Shown one piece after another: positions 35,918 through 44,938 of a stretch of 64,000 nt of DNA. A program made the translations under genes and the position numbers. The notes beneath the pieces were generated by a model that saw only the letters and a program-made list of their open reading frames with translations, had not been told where the DNA came from and did not search any database. Source of the stretch: a virus (taxonomy: Duplodnaviria > Caudoviricetes); IMG/VR virus record IMGVR_UViG_3300044634_003731, positions 1,155 to 65,154 of that record; one strand, written 5' to 3'. Each line of letters opens with the position of its first letter. The stretch's first letter is position 1.

Positions 35918-37384
35918 ATGAAACTCAAACAACTGATGCTTGCACCTGTTGCTCTGGGAATGGTTGCTCCTGTTGCTGCGAATGCCGCAGACCTTAATAT
36001 GGCAGCAGTCAACCAATACTCTTCTGAGCAGGTTACAAGCGTTACTCAATTCTCTGATGTCCGTCCTACCGATTGGGCATATCAGGCACTCAGCAACCTC
36101 GTAGAGCGTTATGGTTGCGTTGCTGGTTATCCTAACGGCACCTTTGATGGTGGTAAGGCAATGACCCGTTATGAGGCAGCAGCACTTCTGAATGCTTGCC
36201 TTGATCGTGTGACTGAAGTTACCGATGAACTGAAGCGTCTTCAAGCAGAATTTGCACAAGAACTTGCTGTTCTTCGTGGTCGTGTAGACAAACTGGAAGC
36301 ACAAGTTACTACACTTGAAGCACAACAGTTTTCCACCACTACCAAACTTCGTGGTGAAGCAAACTTCGTAATCGGTGGTGTTGATGATTATCTAACCAAA
36401 GATGGTGATTCAACTCGCACTGCATTCAACTACGATCTGCGTCTGAACCTGGATACTTCATTCACTGGTAAGGATCTGCTTCGCACTCGTCTGCGTTCTG
36501 CTAACTTCAGTAGCAATCCTTTCGGTTCCAGTTCTTCAATTTTCAAACTGGATAAAGCAGACAACACTTCCAGTGAAGTTGGTAACAATGTAGTTATCGA
36601 CCGTCTCTACTATTCATTCCCTGCGTTCAATAACACCACTACTATTACTGCTGGTGCTCTTGTTCGCAATACCGAGATTGCTTGGTTGCCTACTGCTTAC
36701 AAGTCCAACATTCTTGACTTTTTCCAAGTTGCTGGTACCCCTGGTGTTTATAACAAAGCAACTGGTTCTGGTTTCGGTGTTCAGTACGGCAAAAAAGGTC
36801 TTGTTGCTGGTGTAAACTATGTTGCCCAAAACGGTAGCGATAGTGCAACCGGTGAGTTTGATCGCTCTGGTGCTCTCAACACTCTGGCACAAATTGGATA
36901 TCGTGGTACTAACTGGGGTGCTGCATTTGGTTACCGTTATGGTACTGAAGGCACCCGTGTTCGTACCTACAACGGTCTGAACGGTGCTTCTGGTGCTCTG
37001 GTTCCTGGTCAAACCTCTAACGGTTATGCTATCAACGCATACTGGCAACCTACCCAATCTGGTTGGGCACCTTCCATCTCTGCTGGTTATGGATGGAATA
37101 CTGTAAGTGGTACTCCCAGCGATGCTACCAATAGTCAGTCTTGGTTTGCTGGTCTTCAGTGGGAAGATGTATTTGTTGATGGTAACTCTGCTGGTGTTGC
37201 TATCGGTCAGGCACCTACTGGTGAAGATCTTGAGAAAGCAACGATGCTTGAATTCTTCTACAAGTATCAAGTATCTGACAATATTAGTGTCACTCCTGCA
37301 ATCTTCTATGCAAGCGACAATCAGCGTCTTGTAAATAACTCCTCTAATTGGGGCGGTGTAATCCAGACCACATTCAAGTTCTGA
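35918..37384 (+). CDS. cyanobacterial outer-membrane porin (Som type: SLH + beta-barrel)
   Basis: Signal peptide, QVTSVTQFSDVRPTDWAYQAL SLH domain, QFSTTTKLRG, terminal Phe. Confidence 0.93.
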   Translation: MKLKQLMLAPVALGMVAPVAANAADLNMAAVNQYSSEQVTSVTQFSDVRPTDWAYQALSNLVERYGCVAGYPNGTFDGGKAMTRYEAAALLNACLDRVTEVTDELKRLQAEFAQELAVLRGRVDKLEAQVTTLEAQQFSTTTKLRGEANFVIGGVDDYLTKDGDSTRTAFNYDLRLNLDTSFTGKDLLRTRLRSANFSSNPFGSSSSIFKLDKADNTSSEVGNNVVIDRLYYSFPAFNNTTTITAGALVRNTEIAWLPTAYKSNILDFFQVAGTPGVYNKATGSGFGVQYGKKGLVAGVNYVAQNGSDSATGEFDRSGALNTLAQIGYRGTNWGAAFGYRYGTEGTRVRTYNGLNGASGALVPGQTSNGYAINAYWQPTQSGWAPSISAGYGWNTVSGTPSDATNSQSWFAGLQWEDVFVDGNSAGVAIGQAPTGEDLEKATMLEFFYKYQVSDNISVTPAIFYASDNQRLVNNSSNWGGVIQTTFKF

Positions 37385-37475
37385 TGAGTCAGCAAATCTA
37401 AACAAAACATTAAGAGGGTCTTGACAGACCCTCTTTTTTCATATATACTATTGTTGTAAATCTTTACAAATCATA

Positions 37476-37670
37476 ATGACTGTAACGACTAATGAGCATG
37501 GACAGCAAAATATGTGGGCAAAAGAGCCTGCAATGTACTATGAAAACTATGGGATGCTGTCTCCCAATGAAGTAAAGGAGCGCACCAATGGACGTTGGGC
37601 TATGGTCGGTTTTGTTGCTGGGGTCATTTCTTATGCTATCACTGGCAACTTCTTCTTCGGAATCTTCTGA
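37476..37670 (+). CDS. hli: high-light inducible protein
   Basis: ERTNGRWAMVGF...TG. Confidence 0.9.
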   Translation: MTVTTNEHGQQNMWAKEPAMYYENYGMLSPNEVKERTNGRWAMVGFVAGVISYAITGNFFFGIF

Positions 37671-37769
37671 TAATTGATTGACAATGACTTCACTTTTCCT
37701 TACAATAACATCTGTTGCCTTCTTCGTATTGTTGGCAGCATCTGTAGAAAAACTTTGTGAAACTTACTA

Positions 37770-38063
37770 ATGGCAACCTATAACGTTACCCTTCAATCCC
37801 CTGATGGCACTGAAACTACCATTGAGTGCCCTGATGATCAATATATTCTTGACGCCGCTGAATTTGCTGGCGTAGACCTTCCTTCGTCTTGTCGTGCTGG
37901 TGCTTGCTCTGCCTGTGCTGGTAAACTGATTAGCGGCACAGTTGATAACGAGGAGCAATCATTCCTTGATGATGAACAAATGGCAGAAGGATGGGTTCTT
38001 ACCTGCGTCGCTTACCCCATCAGCGATTGTGTCATCTTGACTGAACAGGAAGAGAACCTGTGA
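37770..38063 (+). CDS. petF: plant-type [2Fe-2S] ferredoxin
   Basis: CRAGACSAC...LTCVAYP. Confidence 0.95.
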   Translation: MATYNVTLQSPDGTETTIECPDDQYILDAAEFAGVDLPSSCRAGACSACAGKLISGTVDNEEQSFLDDEQMAEGWVLTCVAYPISDCVILTEQEENL

Positions 38064-38338
38064 GTGCTGGAATGTTGGGGCAATTCGCTCTTGCCCTCGA
38101 AACACTTGGATGGGATAAAAATGATGACATCTCAGTTGAAATTGGTGGAGTAGCAGTCACAGGAACTGCTACTAGCCCAACTGCAAATCCAAAATGGGCA
38201 AAACCATTTGGGACAGTATCTTATCAAAACGATGCCTTTATCGTAATTAAAAATAAATCAAGGAACCCAGTTATTCCTTCACAACCAAATCCTGAACTTA
38301 AACAACAACACCCTTATAATGGAACACTCTCTAGTTGA
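38060..38338 (+). CDS. hypothetical protein
   Basis: ORF coupled to the petF stop. Confidence 0.65.
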   Translation: MSAGMLGQFALALETLGWDKNDDISVEIGGVAVTGTATSPTANPKWAKPFGTVSYQNDAFIVIKNKSRNPVIPSQPNPELKQQHPYNGTLSS

Positions 38339-38504
38339 ACTACTGACTTATTATGTGATTGTTGCTGCTCTATTCATTGGAGCACCAGCAGTATTCTTCA
38401 CAATTGTTTTTATGCCTGCACTTATGAATACTAAGGGTGCAGTTGTTGGTTATAAAATTCACCGTGATTATGGTGAAACATCTATCTATTCTAAAGTAAA
38501 TTAA
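38319..38504 (+). CDS. small membrane protein
   Basis: Single long hydrophobic helix. Confidence 0.6.
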   Translation: MEHSLVELLTYYVIVAALFIGAPAVFFTIVFMPALMNTKGAVVGYKIHRDYGETSIYSKVN

Positions 38505-38519
38505 TTAAGGAGAAAACAA

Positions 38520-38639
38520 ATGAAGAAAATTTTTACCGAAAAAGCAGAACGTATTAATGGTTGGTTCGCAATGATTGGTTTCGTTGCAGCCGTTGGTTCT
38601 TACCTTGTTACCGGTCAAATTATTCCTGGTGTATTTTGA
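38520..38639 (+). CDS. hli: high-light inducible protein, second copy (39 aa, absent from the ORF track)
   Basis: AAGGAG RBS; AERINGWFAMIGF...TGQIIPGVF*. Confidence 0.92.
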   Translation: MKKIFTEKAERINGWFAMIGFVAAVGSYLVTGQIIPGVF

Positions 38640-38650
38640 TGGAGGTTTCT

Positions 38651-39154
38651 ATGAGAGCAGAAGGATATGAAATTCCCCAGGTGGAATTTGTATTTCGTGA
38701 GAATGGTAAATTTGTAAATCGTACATCAAAAGAACTTTTCGATGGGAAGCGTGTGGTCATTTTTAGTCTGCCTGGTGCTTTCACTCCTACTTGCAGTGCC
38801 TATCAGCTACCTGGATTCGAAGAGAAATACGACGACTTTATTGGTAACGGCATCGACGCTATTTACTGCATCTCTGTTAATGATGGGTTTGTGATGAATG
38901 CATGGGCAAAAGACCAAGGAATTGAAAAGGTAAAACTTATTCCTGATGGTAATGCGTATTTTACGCGATCTATGGGGATGCTTGTTACTAAATCTAATCT
39001 TGGTTTTGGTGAAAGGTCTTGGCGTTATGCTGCAGTTGTAGATAATGGCATTATTGAAAAACTTTTTGTTGAAGCAGGAAAACGTGATAATGCAGATACT
39101 GATCCTTATGAAGTAACTAATCCAGAGACTATTCTTTCTTATTTGAAAAGTTAA
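38651..39154 (+). CDS. type II peroxiredoxin (Prx5 family)
   Basis: GGAGG RBS; LPGAFTPTCS, SVND.FVM.AW, RSWRYA. Confidence 0.92.
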   Translation: MRAEGYEIPQVEFVFRENGKFVNRTSKELFDGKRVVIFSLPGAFTPTCSAYQLPGFEEKYDDFIGNGIDAIYCISVNDGFVMNAWAKDQGIEKVKLIPDGNAYFTRSMGMLVTKSNLGFGERSWRYAAVVDNGIIEKLFVEAGKRDNADTDPYEVTNPETILSYLKS

Positions 39155-39221
39155 TATTGAAATGAGGAGGGAATTAACCCTCCTTTTTTAATAAATAATT
39201 TTATCTGGTTTGGGTACTATA

Positions 39222-39920
39222 ATGCTTATAGATCTTCATAACTTTTTTAAATTCTACGATGAGAAAAATCCAAAGCATGTTGCTGCAGTAGAACAGTTTG
39301 AAAAAGATTTGCTTTTAAAATCTCAAGAATTGATACAAGATGATGCTAACTGGGTTAGAATTTTTAGAACTAAAGAAGACAAACCCCAAGCAACTATTTT
39401 ACCAGTTCCTTTCTATCCACAAACAGATAACTATAGAGATGCAAATAGAACTTGCAACTCATCTGCTTGTGCGATGTGCCTTGAGTATTTCAAACCTGGT
39501 ACACTAAAAGGATCTAAAGGCGATGATGCCTATGTACAAAAAGTTTTCTCGATCGGTGACACAACTGATCACTTGGTTCAGACCAAGGTTCTTGCAACAT
39601 ATGGTATTAAATCCAGTTTTTCCTACAGCCTTACTTTTGCTGATCTTGATAGAGAGCTTGCCGCTGGTAGACCTGTTGTTATTGGTATTCTTCATCGGGG
39701 TCCTTTATCTAACCCCACGGGAGGACACATGGTAGTTGTGATTGGTAAAACTCCTAGTGGAGATTATGTAGTAAATGATCCTTATGGATCACTCAACGAT
39801 GGTTATACTGGTGCAGTAACTAATGGTAAGGGTGCAGTATATAAGCGTAGTGAACTTACTCGTAGATGGTGTCCTAGTGGAAAAGATGGTTGGGGTAGAA
39901 TATTTGATGTAAAAAAGTAG
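39222..39920 (+). CDS. C39-like cysteine peptidase (lysin N-terminal part)
   Basis: Cys-His-Asp triad RTCNSSACAM / GGHMVVV / VNDPYG; ends GTA AAA AAG TAG. Confidence 0.85.
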   Translation: MLIDLHNFFKFYDEKNPKHVAAVEQFEKDLLLKSQELIQDDANWVRIFRTKEDKPQATILPVPFYPQTDNYRDANRTCNSSACAMCLEYFKPGTLKGSKGDDAYVQKVFSIGDTTDHLVQTKVLATYGIKSSFSYSLTFADLDRELAAGRPVVIGILHRGPLSNPTGGHMVVVIGKTPSGDYVVNDPYGSLNDGYTGAVTNGKGAVYKRSELTRRWCPSGKDGWGRIFDVKK

Positions 39921-39983
39921 AATCAGCACTACAATCAAAAATCCCTCAATGTGGTGTTGATTTAATTAGAGAATTTGAGGGAT
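39911..39983 (+). promoter_or_regulatory. programmed -1 ribosomal frameshift signal (slippery heptamer + H-type pseudoknot)
   Basis: A_AAA_AAG 39911-39917; stem 1 39921-33/39950-62; stem 2 39941-49/39975-83. Confidence 0.8.
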
Positions 39984-40399
39984 GTCATTTAAATGCCTAT
40001 CCAGATCCATTGACTGGTTCACTCCCAATCACAATTGGTTGGGGTTCTACCAAAGATTTTAATGGACAATCGTTTAAACTTGGAAGAAAAATCACCCAAG
40101 AGTATGCAGATAAACTACTATTGTTTGACCTTGAGCAAAGATTTCTTCCTTCACTACAAAAAATCCCACATTGGAATGAAATGTCAGATGGAAAAAGAGG
40201 CGCTTTGCTCAGCTTTGCTTATAATCTTGGTGCCGGTTTTTACGGCGGTTCTAACTTTAATACTATTACTAAATGTCTGAAAAATAAAGAATGGTCTAAA
40301 GTTCCTGATGTATTATATCTTTATCGCAATCCCGGAACTAATGTAGAGAAAGGACTTGCTCGCAGAAGAGTTGCTGAAGGTAAACTCTGGAATTCTTAA
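39917..40399 (+). CDS. GH24 lysozyme domain in the -1 frame with no start codon before its active site
   Basis: GVDLIREFEG..AYPDP...TIGWGST, ALLSFAYNLG, GLARRRVAEG. Confidence 0.85.
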   Translation, partial: VESALQSKIPQCGVDLIREFEGCHLNAYPDPLTGSLPITIGWGSTKDFNGQSFKLGRKITQEYADKLLLFDLEQRFLPSLQKIPHWNEMSDGKRGALLSFAYNLGAGFYGGSNFNTITKCLKNKEWSKVPDVLYLYRNPGTNVEKGLARRRVAEGKLWNS

Positions 40400-40728
40400 T
40401 CACTATCTTCTACTCTTGTTCTTAGTGCAATTACTGTAGTAAGAATAGTCAGTAAAGTTTCATATCCTCTTCTTTCAGATTCTTTGCAATCTAAAGGAGG
40501 AGGGTTTTTTAATTCTCCTTTTACATTTGCTTTGTTTATAGTTCCCGGAATCATAAAGTTGCAAGAAACAAAGTTAATACCAACAAATCCAATTACAGAA
40601 CAACATATTACAAATATAAGTTTATTTAATAATGAACCGTGCTTTTTTCCTACCTCTTTTGGCGGGTCGTCTAATGAATCTGATGATTTCTGGGAATTGT
40701 CTTTTTGGTTGAGGTCTTCTTCCTTCAT
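40396..40728 (-). CDS. membrane hypothetical protein
   Basis: TM helix; C-terminal TLLTILTTVIAL. Confidence 0.6.
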   Translation of the reverse strand: MKEEDLNQKDNSQKSSDSLDDPPKEVGKKHGSLLNKLIFVICCSVIGFVGINFVSCNFMIPGTINKANVKGELKNPPPLDCKESERRGYETLLTILTTVIALRTRVEDSD

Positions 40729-40788
40729 TGAATACTCCTTCGTTGGTGATTAGTCTCATAACCAACAATCCAATGATAAGTGTTAATT

Positions 40789-40980
40789 TCATCGTCCTTC
40801 AGAGATATGAATCCACGTTTTAAGTTCTTGTAAATATTTTCTTAACATATCTGCTTTTTCTAGATGCCATTTATCCCCACTCCTAAAGTATTCTTGAGTA
40901 TGATTATCTATTGCTTTAAGGATATTATGTATTGGAGCATTCCAGGGCTCTCTGATAGGAGTATTCCATTCCCTTGGCAT
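40789..40980 (-). CDS. hypothetical protein
   Basis: MPREWNTPIREPWN..LKAIDNH; minus-strand TAAATA at ~41004-41009. Confidence 0.7.
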   Translation of the reverse strand: MPREWNTPIREPWNAPIHNILKAIDNHTQEYFRSGDKWHLEKADMLRKYLQELKTWIHISEGR

Positions 40981-41056
40981 ATGGGAGGGTAAGCAATTTC
41001 AATTATTTAGGGTTTTGGTGTATAATAAATACTTTCATATCTAGGTTGTTGTAATA

Positions 41057-43075
41057 GTGGTGCTTAAAAAACCTTCAGAATATTTTAAGAAGGACATTCC
41101 CTCTGTAGATAATTCAATTCAAGAAGCAGTAAAATTGCCTGAATTGAATACTTTTTCTGATGCTTTTCAGTCTTTTAAAAATAACTTAAGCAAGATTGAA
41201 GTTCTTTCAGAGTTTTCTGAAACTCTAGACAACTATCGCGTTAATATTGAAAGAGTTAATTTTCTTTCAGAAAAAGTAGAAGATATTCAAAATGAGATCC
41301 AAAATCTTCTTAAAAAAGAAGATTTAGATCGTGCAATTATGTCTCAACTTCTTGTGGTTGAGCAGAGTATTCAAGATCTTCAAAATAAAGTTAAGGGAAT
41401 TAATGAAAAAAATCTCACAGAAATTCGTTTAGATGTTGCTGGACTTACTGAGTCTGTAAGTGAATTTCTTGAAGTTGAAGTACCAAAATACAAGAAGTTA
41501 GTTATTGATTCTGAACTTCGTACTAATGATCGGTATGAAGAGTTGGAGTCAAATGTCAATTCAACACTCGAAGGTATTGGGGAATTTGTTGATAATAAGT
41601 ATCAGAAACTTACTGAAAGTCTTCAAGGTATTAATGAGAATAGTCTTTCTGGAATTGTAGAAGATTTCAAAAAACTTGATGAAGCAGTTCTGCAACTTAA
41701 GGAACAAGAGATTCCTAAGTACAAAGGTTTTATCGTAGAGAATGAAAGGAAAACTGAAGTTAGTCTGGATGAGTTTAATCAAAAGTTAGATAAAGCTCTT
41801 ATAAATTTTGACGAAAAAGTTCAAGAATCTATTCAATATCTTGATGATAAAGTTGATAAAAAAATCGGTATATTTCAAGATTCAATTGAAGAAATAGATG
41901 AAAAGTTTATTGAACTTAAGGAACAAGAGATTCCAAAGTATAAAAGATTTATTGTTGAAACCGAAAAGAAAACAGAGTCAAAATTAAATGAATTTGATGA
42001 AAAATTAGACACAACTATAAATGAGGTCTTAGAAGTAGTAAATTCCGTAGAGGTACTTAATTCCGATACAGAAAGAAAAATATCTAAAAATATTGAAGAT
42101 GTTCAAGATCTTCAATCGAGAGTTAATGTAGAATTAAAAAATGTAGAGGAGCATAAAGAAAAATTAAGTAAGAAAGTAATTGATTTAGAAGTTGAAATTG
42201 TCCGTAATGAAAGTCATATTAAATCACAAAATGAATATATTGAAAATATTCAAGAAGAAGTCCGTGATGTAATTTCTAAGTTACAGATAGAAAAACTTGA
42301 AGAGAAAAATCACGAACTTACTAAAAAAATTAAGTATCTTGAAGAAATTTTTGAAAAGTTTAATGAAAAAGAAATTCTTTCTGAAAATATTATTGTTGAA
42401 CCACCTTCAACAAAAAATGAAGATCCATTAACTCCTTTAGATCAAAACTTTGTTACTTTAGATCAACTTAATCAGCATTATCGTTTATTCCTTAATCGCA
42501 TTCAGCAACAACTTGCAACGATTGGTGGAGGGGGTGAAACTCAACTTAAGTATCTTGATGATATTGTTGGTATTGCGACAAATGCAAGTGCATATAATAA
42601 TAAATTTTTAAAATATAATCATAGTATTGGTAAGTTTGAATTTGTTTCTGTTGGTGCTGGATCACAAGATCTTAATGATACTCTTCAACTTGGAAATTCT
42701 TCTTCTTTGGGGATGTCTGTTGGGGTTGCTACAGTAACTTCTCTGGATGTTGATAGTGTTGCTAATTTTGATACTAACACTATTACGTTCGGTTCTTCAT
42801 CTCCAACGCAAATTTATTCTTTTTCTGCAACACAATATCGTTCTGCAAAATTACAAATTCAAATTACTCAAGGATCTGATTATCAAACATCTGATATATT
42901 ATTAATTCATAATGGATCTGTTGTAAATATTGTTGAGTATGCTTCTATTTCTACGAATGATTATTTGGGAACGTTTGATGCTTTGATTAGTGGTGGTAAT
43001 GTTTCTTTGCGAGTCTTAATGGGAAGTTCTTCTTCATCAACAATCAAGGTTGTCTCTCAAGCAATATCATTGTGA
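41057..43075 (+). CDS. long coiled-coil virion protein with C-terminal beta module
   Basis: Three internal E(I/V)PKYK..(I/V)..E.(K/R)T repeats; LATIGGGGETQLKYLDD; YRSAKLQIQITQG..EYAS. Confidence 0.7.
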   Translation: MVLKKPSEYFKKDIPSVDNSIQEAVKLPELNTFSDAFQSFKNNLSKIEVLSEFSETLDNYRVNIERVNFLSEKVEDIQNEIQNLLKKEDLDRAIMSQLLVVEQSIQDLQNKVKGINEKNLTEIRLDVAGLTESVSEFLEVEVPKYKKLVIDSELRTNDRYEELESNVNSTLEGIGEFVDNKYQKLTESLQGINENSLSGIVEDFKKLDEAVLQLKEQEIPKYKGFIVENERKTEVSLDEFNQKLDKALINFDEKVQESIQYLDDKVDKKIGIFQDSIEEIDEKFIELKEQEIPKYKRFIVETEKKTESKLNEFDEKLDTTINEVLEVVNSVEVLNSDTERKISKNIEDVQDLQSRVNVELKNVEEHKEKLSKKVIDLEVEIVRNESHIKSQNEYIENIQEEVRDVISKLQIEKLEEKNHELTKKIKYLEEIFEKFNEKEILSENIIVEPPSTKNEDPLTPLDQNFVTLDQLNQHYRLFLNRIQQQLATIGGGGETQLKYLDDIVGIATNASAYNNKFLKYNHSIGKFEFVSVGAGSQDLNDTLQLGNSSSLGMSVGVATVTSLDVDSVANFDTNTITFGSSSPTQIYSFSATQYRSAKLQIQITQGSDYQTSDILLIHNGSVVNIVEYASISTNDYLGTFDALISGGNVSLRVLMGSSSSSTIKVVSQAISL

Positions 43076-43106
43076 TATTAAAATAAATAGAAAAAAGTAA
43101 GCAAAA

Positions 43107-44549
43107 ATGTCTAAGAATAGGATAGGTTTTGGAAGTGATTTAATACTTTTTAATAGTAACGTTGGTATAGGTACAACGCGACCAACAGAAAAACTCCACG
43201 TTGTTGGAATTATTTCTGCTACATCTTATCGTGGCGATGGAAGTCAATTAACAAATATTGTTTCTGTTGCTGGAGTTGGACTTAATACGGTTGGTGGAAA
43301 TGTTGGATATGGCGCTACTGTTTTAGATTTTCGAGGAAGTGGGATATCTACAATAACTTTAAGTTCTGGTATTGGAACAATTTATATTGAAGGGGGTGGT
43401 TCTCAAGGTACAGGATCCCAAGGTTCTCAAGGTACTCAAGGACTTCAAGGAACTATAGGTTCTCAAGGTCTCCAAGGTACTCAAGGACTTCAAGGAACAT
43501 TAGGTTCTCAAGGTTCTCAAGGAACTATAGGTTCTCAAGGTCTCCAAGGTACTCAAGGACTTCAAGGAACATTAGGTTCTCAAGGTCTCCAAGGTACTCA
43601 AGGTCTCCAAGGTACTCAAGGACTTCAAGGAACATTAGGTTCTCAAGGTTCTCAAGGTGTTCAGGGTGTTGCTGGTCCAGTAGCAGGATCTGCTAATCAA
43701 GTTGTTTATAAAGATGCTTCTAATAATCCTACTGGTTCTGGAAACTTAACCTTTGATGGTACTAATCTTTATGTTGGTGGTAATGTTACGATCGGTGGAA
43801 CAAGTTTTATTGTTGCTGCTAATACATTAACAGTAAAAGATAAGGATATTGTTGTTGGTCTTGCTACGACTGCCGGTGGTGTTGATATTTCTAATGATAC
43901 AACAGCAAATCATGGTGGTATTGCGGTTGCTTCGACCGAAGGAAGTCCATTAATTAATATCAATGCTGGTGTTGGTACTGACGACATTCCATCCACATAT
44001 AAGCAAATTATGTGGATTAAGTCTGGTACTTTTACTGGACTGAATACTGATGCTTGGATATTTAACTATGGTGTTGGTATTGGAAGCACTCAAATTCCCA
44101 ATGGAGTTAGACTTGCTGCTGGAGGTATGCAAGTCACTGATAGTACTTTAAGTGTTCTGCAACTTAATATTTCTGGAGTTTCTACCTTTAGTGGCACATT
44201 AGAATTATCTGGCGGTCTTAAAGATAAATTTAATACTGTTGGTGTTGCTGGTTCTATTCTTATTTCCACTGGATCTGGGGTTTCTTGGACAACTCCTTAT
44301 GCGGCTGGTCTTCAAGGCACTCAAGGACTTCAAGGAACTTTAGGTTCTCAAGGACTTCAAGGAACTATAGGTTCTCAAGGACTTCAAGGCACTCAAGGAC
44401 TTCAGGGATTAAGTAATCAAGGTGCTCAAGGACTTCAAGGTTTAAGTAATCAAGGTACTCAAGGACTTCAAGGTATTGCTGGAAGTGCGGGAACTGGTGG
44501 TGGTGGGGAAGCATCAATAGATCTTTTAGAAGTGATGTTATTCGCATAA
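43107..44549 (+). CDS. tail-fibre-like protein with collagen-like (G-X-Q) repeats
   Basis: NVGIGTT.P..KLHVVG motif; two QG(L/T/S) repeat blocks. Confidence 0.8.
   Translation: MSKNRIGFGSDLILFNSNVGIGTTRPTEKLHVVGIISATSYRGDGSQLTNIVSVAGVGLNTVGGNVGYGATVLDFRGSGISTITLSSGIGTIYIEGGGSQGTGSQGSQGTQGLQGTIGSQGLQGTQGLQGTLGSQGSQGTIGSQGLQGTQGLQGTLGSQGLQGTQGLQGTQGLQGTLGSQGSQGVQGVAGPVAGSANQVVYKDASNNPTGSGNLTFDGTNLYVGGNVTIGGTSFIVAANTLTVKDKDIVVGLATTAGGVDISNDTTANHGGIAVASTEGSPLININAGVGTDDIPSTYKQIMWIKSGTFTGLNTDAWIFNYGVGIGSTQIPNGVRLAAGGMQVTDSTLSVLQLNISGVSTFSGTLELSGGLKDKFNTVGVAGSILISTGSGVSWTTPYAAGLQGTQGLQGTLGSQGLQGTIGSQGLQGTQGLQGLSNQGAQGLQGLSNQGTQGLQGIAGSAGTGGGGEASIDLLEVMLFA
43400..43667 (+). repeat. 9-bp-period coding tandem repeat (collagen-like)
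   Basis: caaggNNNN units; second block at ~44310-44475. Confidence 0.85.
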
Positions 44550-44573
44550 ATATTCAAAAACTATAAAGATATA

Positions 44574-44933
44574 ATGGCACTTGCAAAGGTAGGATTAGGG
44601 ACGGTCACAAGAGTTGCACTCGGAACTACTGCGACTGTTTTGACAGTAGGATCTGCAAAGACTTGTTATATTCGTTCAGTAATTCTTCACAATATTGATA
44701 CTCTTAATCAAAGCACAGTTAAAGTTCATATTGTTCCAAACTCTGGTGGTTCTGTTGGAACCGCAAGTTCTGATAATCAATTAGCACAACTTTCAGTTCA
44801 ACCAACAGATACTTATTTCTTTGAACTTGCATATCCTATTACATTATCAAGTAATAATGATACTATTCAGGTTTATAACTCAAGCACTATAGACGCTGTT
44901 AATGTTTTAATTCTTGGCGATAAGGAGGCATAA
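44574..44933 (+). CDS. fibre-associated small beta protein
   Basis: YIRSVILHN...VHIVP...L..NDTIQ pattern. Confidence 0.6.
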   Translation: MALAKVGLGTVTRVALGTTATVLTVGSAKTCYIRSVILHNIDTLNQSTVKVHIVPNSGGSVGTASSDNQLAQLSVQPTDTYFFELAYPITLSSNNDTIQVYNSSTIDAVNVLILGDKEA

Positions 44934-44938
44934 GAAGT

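Noticed and set aside
35591-37405. Long minus-strand ORFs (244 and 263 aa)
   Set aside because: Antisense shadows of the codon-biased porin gene with no recognisable motifs; the same applies to most short overlapping ORFs in the track
38561-38650. N-terminal extension of the peroxiredoxin
   Set aside because: It overlaps the second hli gene in another frame; GGAGG precedes ATG 38651
40010-40399. Stand-alone lysozyme starting at TTG 40010, as in the ORF track
   Set aside because: The start lies downstream of the catalytic FEG motif and has no RBS; the frameshift fusion explains the upstream in-frame sequence
43400-44475. CRISPR-like or non-coding repeat array
   Set aside because: 9-bp in-frame coding repeats with no unique spacers; no CRISPR array seen in the window
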